Shown: positions 6,587 through 13,479 of the stretch, one piece after another | How the letters are laid out: every line of letters begins with the position of its first letter | Numbering within the stretch: position 1 is the first letter of the stretch | DNA from: a virus | Virus record (IMG/VR): IMGVR_UViG_3300045988_145590 | Direction: 5' to 3' (one strand) | DNA: 38,758 nucleotides | Made by a program: the position numbers and the translations under genes | The notes under the pieces: model-generated | What the model was told of the DNA's origin: nothing | What the model saw: only the letters and a program-made list of their open reading frames with translations | Databases searched by the model: none

Positions 6587-6700
6587 ATGTTCTCTTTGTT
6601 GCGTGAGCATATTTGTCTAATCTTCTGCTTGCATTTAGATTCTCCTCGTATATAAACACCTTTTACTAAGGCAAGTATGCTCGCTCAACAAGGAGAGCAT
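6587..6700 (+). other. long imperfect stem-loop (25-nt arms, 64-nt loop)
   Basis: Arms at 6587-6611 and 6676-6700 form 21 Watson-Crick pairs, 3 G-U pairs and 1 mismatch. All wobble pairs are valid only on the + strand. Confidence 0.6.
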
Positions 6701-6714
6701 AGAAAGGAAATTGT

Positions 6715-6852
6715 ATGTTAGATATATTTATAAAAGTAGTAATAATTCCATTTGGATTAATACTGTCAGCAGTTTATTTTATAAGTTGTTACAAACGTGG
6801 AGAAAATCCGTTTATAGAAGAAGTTATAGTGGAGGAAGAACATGAAAACTAG
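6715..6852 (+). CDS. 45-aa hydrophobic peptide with acidic tail
   Basis: MLDIFIKVVIIPFGLILSAVYFISCY then KRGENPFIEEVIVEEEHEN. The RBS (GAAAGGA) is weak. It overlaps the next ORF by 11 nt. Confidence 0.4.
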   Translation: MLDIFIKVVIIPFGLILSAVYFISCYKRGENPFIEEVIVEEEHEN

Positions 6853-7123
6853 AAATCAAGATATCGCAATGATGATTTTGGAAAAACTAAATCCAAATAA
6901 CCGCATCAGCATCTATTACAGTTCAGAAGCAGATAGTATTGATGTTTACAGATTTATTAATGATAAAGAATCAGAAGGCAGACATCTTAGCTATCTGGCA
7001 GATGATCATGAAGCATGTACTTTTTATGAAGAGGTTGTTGAATGGATAGATTCAGAAGAGAATGATGTAATAGAGAATATTGACTATCAACAAGAACTCT
7101 TTGCAGAACATGAAGAGTTTTAA
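6842..7123 (+). CDS. acidic hypothetical protein, 93 aa
   Basis: ORF track entry with a GGAGGAAGAA RBS. Confidence 0.6.
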   Translation: MKTRNQDIAMMILEKLNPNNRISIYYSSEADSIDVYRFINDKESEGRHLSYLADDHEACTFYEEVVEWIDSEENDVIENIDYQQELFAEHEEF

Positions 7124-7182
7124 AAACATAGAAAAAAAACCGTTTCCCCAAAAGCGACCAAACTTCGTAGAACGGCTTTTTT

Positions 7183-7244
7183 ATGAAGCTTTTACAAGCT
7201 ATTTATAGTATATCAGATGTAAAAGTGTTTGTAAATAGCTTCAT
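7183..7244. repeat. iteron-like repeats / inverted repeat upstream of rep
   Basis: AAGCTTTTACA (7186-7196) and AAGCTATTTATA (7196-7207) are direct repeats. TGTAAATAGCTTCAT (7230-7244) is the inverted copy. Confidence 0.5.
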
Positions 7245-7306
7245 TTTACAGGGGGATTAAACGTCCTAGTAATGGATATTAACATATCAACGAAATAGAG
7301 GTATAC

Positions 7307-8170
7307 ATGAGAAAAAAGAGAGGATATATAGACTATGACTATGAAGCTGCATTCACAGATCCTATTGATTATTCAAATGAAAGAAATATAGAAAAACTTC
7401 TGCAGCAGGGAAAAGTGAAAAGTGTATATACTACCAAAACCATAAAAGCTGGAAATCAGTTTGAAGTAGAAATATATCCCAGTTTTACTAAAAAAGAAAG
7501 CACTGGGATGAACTTAAAGCCTAGAAGTTCTACAGCACAGAAAAATTTGAATGATAAAAACGCTAGAAAAAAATTAGAGCGTTTAATAAATGCTAACTTT
7601 AGCAATGGAGATTTATGGGTAACGTTAACTTATGATAATGAACATCTTCCAGAATCAATGAAAGACGCATTAAAGAATATTGGAAACTATATGAGAAGAA
7701 TCAATTACAGAAGAGAAAAAATGGGATTATCAAATGCAAAATATATATACATTACAGAATACAATCCAAAGAAAAAGATACGCTGCCATCATCACTTAAT
7801 CATGGATGGAGCGTTAAGTATGGATCTTGTGGAGAAAATGTGGAAATATGGAAAAAGAAACAATGTAAGAAGAACACAGGAAGATGAAGATGGAGGTTTA
7901 ACAGGTTTAGCAAAATATCTTGTGAAAGATCCTGCTGGGAGTAAACGCTGGTGCAGTTCTAAAAATTTGAAAAAACCAGTAGAAAGTAAAAGCTATCATG
8001 CATTCAGAAGCAGGCAGGTTAGAAAAATGGTAGAAAACAGAGAGTGTGTAAAAGAGCTACTAGAAAAAAGATACAAAAATAGAAGTCTGATTAATTTTGA
8101 AATAAAGAAAAATGAGATTAATGGTTACTTCTATGTATATGCAAGAATGACGGAAAGGAGAAATCAATGA
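7307..8170 (+). CDS. HUH rolling-circle replication initiator (pC194/phiX174-superfamily-like Rep)
   Basis: Motif 1 LWVTLTYD, motif 2 RCHHHLIMDG (HUH) and motif 3 GLAKYLVKD (catalytic Tyr), in canonical order. Confidence 0.8.
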   Translation: MRKKRGYIDYDYEAAFTDPIDYSNERNIEKLLQQGKVKSVYTTKTIKAGNQFEVEIYPSFTKKESTGMNLKPRSSTAQKNLNDKNARKKLERLINANFSNGDLWVTLTYDNEHLPESMKDALKNIGNYMRRINYRREKMGLSNAKYIYITEYNPKKKIRCHHHLIMDGALSMDLVEKMWKYGKRNNVRRTQEDEDGGLTGLAKYLVKDPAGSKRWCSSKNLKKPVESKSYHAFRSRQVRKMVENRECVKELLEKRYKNRSLINFEIKKNEINGYFYVYARMTERRNQ

Positions 8171-9054
8171 AAAGAAAAGATTTAGAAGAACACATAGAAG
8201 AATACCTGTTAGAAGAGCAAGAAGACGAAAAAGCAAAAAACACGCTGATACATTACAGACACATCATTAATATGTTCGTTTCTTCGCTTCCAGATGATGA
8301 AATAACAAAAGTGGATTTCATGCGTTTTAAAGAAATAATGCTGGAGAAGTATAAGCCTAAGACCGTCAGTAACTATATAACGATTGTAAACAAATTTATA
8401 AAATACGTAGAAATGTCAATGGATGAAAGCATACAGGATTTCGATTTTAACAGGATGAAGAAATACTACAGTAAACAGACTTTAAAAAACATCAAGATTC
8501 AGCAGGAAGCCAGTTTAAAAGAAGTGCTAGAGCCTATTGATTTAAAACGTATGCTTCGCATGGCTAAAAAGCTGGAGGAATGGGATTTATATTACATTAT
8601 GAAGGCTATCGCTTATACAGGAGTACGAGCAGAAGAGTTAAAAATATTCACAGTAGAAAATCTGGAGTCAAACTATATCAAAGTTAAGAATAAAGGAAAG
8701 ATACGAAACGTAATCGTGCCGCAGGATTTACGAAGGGATTTACTGAAATACTGCAAAAATGCAGGAATTACTACGGGTTATATATTCCCCGGAAAGAAGT
8801 CTGGAACAATGCTACACAGTACGACAATTTACAAGCGATTAAAGAAGTTGGCTGGACAATGCAGAGGTGTAAAGAAGTCAAAAGTACACGCTCATTCATT
8901 TAGACATTTGTTTGCGATTAAATATATGGAAGAATACGGAAATATTAGTGAACTGGCGGATATTCTAGGACACTCCAGCATTGAAACAACACGTATATAC
9001 ACAAGAACCACCGACAAAATGAAGCGAGAGCGCATGGAACGTATGAAATATTAA
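8167..9054 (+). CDS. Xer-like tyrosine recombinase (second recombinase in the genome)
   Basis: AYTGVRAEEL, HAHSFRHLFA and LGHSSIETTRIYT motifs. The start overlaps the rep stop (ATGA at 8167-8170). Confidence 0.9.
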   Translation: MKRKDLEEHIEEYLLEEQEDEKAKNTLIHYRHIINMFVSSLPDDEITKVDFMRFKEIMLEKYKPKTVSNYITIVNKFIKYVEMSMDESIQDFDFNRMKKYYSKQTLKNIKIQQEASLKEVLEPIDLKRMLRMAKKLEEWDLYYIMKAIAYTGVRAEELKIFTVENLESNYIKVKNKGKIRNVIVPQDLRRDLLKYCKNAGITTGYIFPGKKSGTMLHSTTIYKRLKKLAGQCRGVKKSKVHAHSFRHLFAIKYMEEYGNISELADILGHSSIETTRIYTRTTDKMKRERMERMKY

Positions 9055-9064
9055 TTAAAAAATA

Positions 9065-9240
9065 AGTGGTACTCCATCTTCATGGCGAAGTGGAAAAGCA
9101 AAAGAAAGGAAGTGACAAAACACCTCATAACGTAACATATACGCTCATGACTTCATAGCAACTTATATTTTATTTAAAGAAAGGATGTGAATCTCCTCTT
9201 TTCTATATTTCAAGTTGCGCTATGAAGATGGAGCGCCACT
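9065..9240. repeat. 23-nt inverted repeats flanking a 130-bp segment
   Basis: AGTGGTACTCCATCTTCATGGCG (9065-9087) pairs with CGCTATGAAGATGGAGCGCCACT (9218-9240): 20 Watson-Crick pairs, 2 G-U pairs and 1 mismatch. A third half-site, CTTCATAGC, lies at 9151-9159. Confidence 0.6.
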
Positions 9241-9252
9241 GGAAAGGACAAC

Positions 9253-9438
9253 ATGACAGATAAAGAACAAGCTGTTAGGGCTGCATATTGTTTTAATGCA
9301 CTTCAAAGATTTATGACACAGGCAGGAAGCGAAAATGCAATCGTAACGGTAGAATCAAAAGACGGAGAAAAAGAAGATTTATTAATTTTAAAAGAAATAA
9401 AAGCAGCAATCAAATTGTTGCATGAAAGGGGCGAGTAA
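9253..9438 (+). CDS. hypothetical protein, 61 aa
   Basis: ORF track entry with a GGAAAGGA RBS. Confidence 0.6.
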   Translation: MTDKEQAVRAAYCFNALQRFMTQAGSENAIVTVESKDGEKEDLLILKEIKAAIKLLHERGE

Positions 9439-9440
9439 AT

Positions 9441-9869
9441 ATGATGTTTGAAGAAGAATTAAAAAAGGAGAAAAATCCTGCTGTTATTAGGATAGGGAAT
9501 TATTTAAAGAAAAGAGCTGAAACAGATACTTCAGTTAAAAATAATCTGAACAAGGAAAACAAATCTCTAAAAGAATGCTGGGATTATGTTTTGGGAGAGG
9601 TTGCAAAAACGATGTATAGAAATGGTAATTTTGGATGTGCTGCAGGAGATGATGAAGATCTATATGCATTGGCAGTACATTACTATGACGAGGATGATAT
9701 CAAAATTGAACCACTTCCTACAAATATGAAAGTTGAAGCAAAAATGGATGAAGATAAAAAAGAGGAAAAAACTGCAGAAATCGAACCTAAAGAAATACAA
9801 AAAGAAAAAGTAAAAAGAATTTCAAAAAGCAAAAAAGACCCTGTAGATGGACAGATTAGTTTGTTTTGA
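9441..9869 (+). CDS. PcfK-like protein (family that includes AcrIIA9)
   Basis: The pattern IRIGNYLKKRAE..ECWDYVLGEVAK..GCAAGDDEDLYALAVHYYDEDDI plus a Lys/Glu-rich tail is followed directly by a PcfJ-like gene, as in pCF10. Confidence 0.55.
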   Translation: MMFEEELKKEKNPAVIRIGNYLKKRAETDTSVKNNLNKENKSLKECWDYVLGEVAKTMYRNGNFGCAAGDDEDLYALAVHYYDEDDIKIEPLPTNMKVEAKMDEDKKEEKTAEIEPKEIQKEKVKRISKSKKDPVDGQISLF

Positions 9870-9877
9870 GGTGGATT

Positions 9878-11182
9878 ATGAAAGATACGAAATTATTGGA
9901 ACAATTAGGGGATACAAAACTTAAATGGCCCAAAGGACTTAGAAAGTATATATATAATGAAACCCTGTACAAAACAACAAATGAATGTACTACATATTAT
10001 GTTAATACTTTAGAAATTTGGAGAAAACGTTTATTAATGAGAACTTTTGCTTTCTGTGTTCCTAAAGGTGTTGATCGTCCATTCGATATGGGAATACAAG
10101 AAGTTTGCAGAAGATTAGAGGGAGAAAAAGAAGTATTGCTTTGTCAAATTGAAAATAGTTCGATGGGAGGAAGAACAGTATATTTCACAGAAACAGGGAA
10201 GTGGATAACTAGAAAAGAAAGGTCTAGTTATTATGCTTGGTATACTGGTGGTAAAAGTAATTGGTGGTTCTTTGATTATGATATGTTTGATTATAAGGAA
10301 TGGATGAATAAGTTAGAAATGCCATTTTGTGGATATGATTCACCGAATTATGTATATAAGATACCTTTTTTTCAGTATGTTGAACTGTATAAAAAATATC
10401 CAAAAATAGAGCTTTTGGCTAAAGGTGGTATGTGGAAGTTGATTACCGGAGCAAGATATTTAAACTTAAAAGGTAAGTCATTTGAACAAATTTTTAAAAT
10501 ATCTTCTTGCTGGAAAAAACATATCAAAGAGTTGGAAATAAGCGATATATTGCTTATTAGAAAAAATGACATTCATACCATGAATGAATTAAATTATTTT
10601 AAAAAAGCATCTTCGAGAAATCTAAAATACATTAAAAAATATTTTAATAGCAAAACAATAAACTATGTAAATAAGTTCTCGGATAATTTTCCATTCAGCG
10701 AATACAATGACTACTTACGAATGGCAGAAGAAATGGGATGTCAAATGGAAAGGAATAGGGTGTTGTTTCCAAAAGATTTACATGAAGCACATGACCATAT
10801 GCTTAATCACTATCAAGAGGTTAAGGATAAGGAAGTAAATGAAGGAATAGAGAAAACAGCTAAAAAGCTGATGAAATATAAATTTAATTCAGATGGTTTA
10901 TTTATAGTTCCAGCAATGAATAATAAAGAGCTGATTAATGAAAGTAGAGTGCTAGATCATTGCGTTAGAACATATGCAAGTAGAGTTTCAAAAGGGGAGA
11001 CAGGTATTTTATTTATCAGGAAAAAAGAAGAACCAGAAACACCTTTTGTAACTTTAGAACTTAAAGGTAAAAGAGTTGTTCAAGTTAGAGGATATAAAAA
11101 CAATGTACATAATCCCCTTGATCAATCAGTTATAGACTTCGTACACAAATGGGAACAAGAATTTAGATTGGAAGGGTTTTAA
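9878..11182 (+). CDS. PcfJ-like protein
   Basis: C-terminal LDHCVRTYASRVSKGETGILFIRKKEEPETPFVTLELKGKRVVQVRGYKNN is typical of the PcfJ-like domain. ATG 9878 was preferred over the TTG at 9866. Confidence 0.6.
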   Translation: MKDTKLLEQLGDTKLKWPKGLRKYIYNETLYKTTNECTTYYVNTLEIWRKRLLMRTFAFCVPKGVDRPFDMGIQEVCRRLEGEKEVLLCQIENSSMGGRTVYFTETGKWITRKERSSYYAWYTGGKSNWWFFDYDMFDYKEWMNKLEMPFCGYDSPNYVYKIPFFQYVELYKKYPKIELLAKGGMWKLITGARYLNLKGKSFEQIFKISSCWKKHIKELEISDILLIRKNDIHTMNELNYFKKASSRNLKYIKKYFNSKTINYVNKFSDNFPFSEYNDYLRMAEEMGCQMERNRVLFPKDLHEAHDHMLNHYQEVKDKEVNEGIEKTAKKLMKYKFNSDGLFIVPAMNNKELINESRVLDHCVRTYASRVSKGETGILFIRKKEEPETPFVTLELKGKRVVQVRGYKNNVHNPLDQSVIDFVHKWEQEFRLEGF

Positions 11183-11183
11183 A

Positions 11184-11327
11184 ATGAAACGTAAATGTAG
11201 CCTTTGTGGAGAGTACAAAGAAGAAAGTGAATTCAGATACATGAATAAGCAAAGACGTTTCAATGCCTATTGTAAAGAATGTGAGAAGTGGTATCACAGA
11301 CATTATGTTAGAAAGGAAAAAAGGTAA
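11184..11327 (+). CDS. 47-aa zinc-ribbon-like protein
   Basis: CSLC...CKEC cysteine pairs. The ATG lies 2 nt after the PcfJ-like stop. Confidence 0.45.
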   Translation: MKRKCSLCGEYKEESEFRYMNKQRRFNAYCKECEKWYHRHYVRKEKR

Positions 11328-11332
11328 ATCAT

Positions 11333-11917
11333 ATGAAAGTAACAAAGGAAGAAAAAGCGCTGTATAGGTTTTTAAGTATGATAAGCAACATACTTAAAAA
11401 TGACAATGGAGAAGGGATATTGTTTGTAGAAAAAGGATTAGTATATTTTATTACATGGTATATCGCAGGATATGTAGACATAAAGCAAAATGAAAAGCTA
11501 GTTTATGAGTTTATGCAGGATGAGTTATACAGCATTACAAGAACATTAAAGCAGGACTTTGTTTTAGAAAAAATAAATGAAGAAAACTTAAAAGAAAACA
11601 AGAAAGAAGAAAACAGGATGATGAAGGCAAGAATTAAAAATGCTGTAGTAAAAGGAAGATATATGTGCAGGATTGATAGAGAAGAAACGTGTGTTATTTC
11701 AAAAATAAGCAATGAAACAAACAAATTTATAAAAGATAGCTACTTGGGATTAATGAAGAATCTTAAAGAAAGTGATGTATATGAGAATGATCATTTTATA
11801 ACTTTGGAGCATGAGGAACGCATAGAAAAAGAGAATACATTTGTAAAAACAGTTATTGCATTATTCTGTGAAAAGACGAAAGAAACAGAGTTTAACCAAA
11901 ATAAAATGGAGGTGTAG
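11333..11917 (+). CDS. hypothetical protein, 194 aa
   Basis: ORF track entry. No motif recognised. Confidence 0.6.
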   Translation: MKVTKEEKALYRFLSMISNILKNDNGEGILFVEKGLVYFITWYIAGYVDIKQNEKLVYEFMQDELYSITRTLKQDFVLEKINEENLKENKKEENRMMKARIKNAVVKGRYMCRIDREETCVISKISNETNKFIKDSYLGLMKNLKESDVYENDHFITLEHEERIEKENTFVKTVIALFCEKTKETEFNQNKMEV

Positions 11918-11920
11918 TAA

Positions 11921-12136
11921 GTGGAAGGAAATAATTTATTGAAGAAATTAGCAGATGAAAGACTACAGACAATAAGAGTAGCAAGCTATATCTTGTCAGA
12001 ATTGAGTTTATGCCCATATAACGAAGTAGAAGATGGAGAACTGGAAATGTGTAAGAAATGCTGTACAAACAATCCAAACGGAAGTTGCTGGTATACCTAT
12101 CTCATTAAGCAAGGAAAGAAAGGGAATAACGAGTGA
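11921..12136 (+). CDS. Cys-rich hypothetical protein, 71 aa (GTG start)
   Basis: GGAGGTG RBS lies 6 nt before the GTG. Confidence 0.5.
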   Translation: MEGNNLLKKLADERLQTIRVASYILSELSLCPYNEVEDGELEMCKKCCTNNPNGSCWYTYLIKQGKKGNNE

Positions 12137-12258
12137 TGAACGATAAATTAAACTGGTTAATTGAGTATGAAGTATTTAGCAAAAAAATAAGTTTAGTAAT
12201 AACGATCATTGGAATAGTTTTGTTGATTATATTATTTTGGAGGGAAAGAAAGCAATGA
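12136..12258 (+). CDS. 40-aa membrane peptide
   Basis: The ATG overlaps the preceding TGA. Hydrophobic core is LVITIIGIVLLIILFW. Confidence 0.4.
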   Translation: MNDKLNWLIEYEVFSKKISLVITIIGIVLLIILFWRERKQ

Positions 12259-12455
12259 AAGTAATGCTTATATTAAATAACGGAGAATGGGAAGAACTTA
12301 ATAAGGTTTGTGAAATAGATGGATTGAATTATGAGAATAAAATAAACGATATTCCAACAATGAAAAAAGAAATAGAGATATATTGTGATTCATGGAATGA
12401 AAAAAGAGTATTGCCTAAATCACTAATAAAAGAAATAAAAATAACCGAATTATAG
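12255..12455 (+). CDS. hypothetical protein, 66 aa
   Basis: GGAGGG RBS. ATG 12255 was preferred over the TTG at 12237. Confidence 0.55.
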   Translation: MKVMLILNNGEWEELNKVCEIDGLNYENKINDIPTMKKEIEIYCDSWNEKRVLPKSLIKEIKITEL

Positions 12456-12468
12456 GAGGACAACAACA

Positions 12469-12687
12469 GTGAAAATAGAAGTTAGATACTTAAAATCGAA
12501 AACGAACGGAATTACATACACTTATTATGAAGAAGTAGAAGGAATAGATTTTTATGATGATCATATTGAACTCAAGCATAGAATGTTATTAAAAGAAGAT
12601 AAGAAAATGCATATACAAACAGTTACAAAAATACCAAATGAAATAATTTATGATATAAGGATTCAAATGAAAAAAGAGATTAAATAA
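12469..12687 (+). CDS. hypothetical protein, 72 aa (GTG start)
   Basis: GGAGGA RBS lies 8 nt upstream. Confidence 0.55.
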   Translation: MKIEVRYLKSKTNGITYTYYEEVEGIDFYDDHIELKHRMLLKEDKKMHIQTVTKIPNEIIYDIRIQMKKEIK

Positions 12688-12691
12688 AAAT

Positions 12692-12895
12692 CTAATCTCT
12701 TAAAGTAAGTTTCCCATCTTCATATTGACACTTGCAAATATTTAAAGAGCAATGATTTTCTAAACATTGATGACCGCATATATGGCTGGCAAACCTATTG
12801 TGTTCATCATTATGTAAAAATACTTCAATTGTTACATACTTTTTAATTGCTGGGCAATATGTTTTGATGGTGCGGTGTCTATTCACATAAGACAT
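12692..12895 (-). CDS. Cys/His-rich 67-aa protein (reverse-strand moron)
   Basis: It has its own promoter and a GAGGTG RBS. Sequence includes ..HICGHQCLENHCSLNICKCQ.. Confidence 0.6.
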   Translation of the reverse strand: MSYVNRHRTIKTYCPAIKKYVTIEVFLHNDEHNRFASHICGHQCLENHCSLNICKCQYEDGKLTLRD

Positions 12896-12912
12896 ATGAT
12901 CACCTCAAAGAG

Positions 12913-12941
12913 ATTATAAAATAGGCGCAAAAATATGTAAA
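12913..12941 (-). promoter_or_regulatory. promoter of 12692-12895 (TTTACA - 17 nt - TATAAT)
   Basis: Read from the reverse complement of 12913-12941. Confidence 0.6.
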
Positions 12942-13093
12942 TAATGACATAAAAACAGGGTTAAAAATTTCAAAAAGTTTAAAACTGAAAAAAGTAAAGA
13001 AAAGCCTTTATTTATAAGGGATTATAGGGATAAAGTCAATCAATATAATATAGGGTTAAATTGACAGTAGAAATAGAATAAAGAGAGGTAAAA

Positions 13094-13237
13094 ATGGATA
13101 AAAAGAAAGCGATGGAAATTATTTCAAGATGGATTGATGTTAGATCAATAGCTGGTTATGAAATAGTAGGAATAGGGTTTAAAGGAATGAAAGAAATAAG
13201 AATTAGTTTTAAGAAAAAGGATGTGAAAAAGAAATGA
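13094..13237 (+). CDS. hypothetical 47-aa protein
   Basis: GAGAGG RBS. The stop overlaps the next start (ATGA). Confidence 0.45.
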   Translation: MDKKKAMEIISRWIDVRSIAGYEIVGIGFKGMKEIRISFKKKDVKKK

Positions 13238-13470
13238 ACTGGATAAGCAATTACAATGTGCTTTTTGACCGAAAACTTTATGAGAACTGTATGGAATGTA
13301 GAGTACACACCAATTTAAGTTATGGTTTAAGAAGTAATAAAAGCACGAGAGATATAAGGACAGCAGAAGTTATATACATTAATGATGAAGGAAAACTGGA
13401 TGTATTAGCAGGCGCACCAGAAAGATTTAAGTTTATTAAAAAACCTGTAGAAATTAAATGTGATGATTAG
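13234..13470 (+). CDS. hypothetical protein, 78 aa
   Basis: ORF track entry, translationally coupled to the upstream ORF. Confidence 0.55.
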   Translation: MNWISNYNVLFDRKLYENCMECRVHTNLSYGLRSNKSTRDIRTAEVIYINDEGKLDVLAGAPERFKFIKKPVEIKCDD

Positions 13471-13479
13471 GAGAACGTG

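Larger units (their letters stand above)
6336..9240 (+). mobile_element. candidate plasmid/IME-like module: Xis-like HTH, Rep (HUH), tyrosine recombinase, flanking stem-loops
   Basis: The gene content and the coupled rep-recombinase pair are typical of integrative mobilizable elements and RCR plasmids. The boundaries are not established. Confidence 0.3.

Noticed and set aside
6270-9189. AGAAAGGACGTG (6270-6281) and AGAAAGGATGTG (9178-9189) as direct-repeat ends (attL/attR) of a nested element.
   Set aside because: The match is only 11 of 12 nt in a purine-rich, SD-like sequence that is common in this genome. That is insufficient to define boundaries.
10372-11724. Minus-strand ORFs of 60-73 aa (10372-10572, 11163-11345 and 11503-11724) inside or across + strand genes.
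   Set aside because: They are nested antisense to better-supported CDSs. They are AT-rich and Phe/Ile/Leu-dominated, with no RBS.
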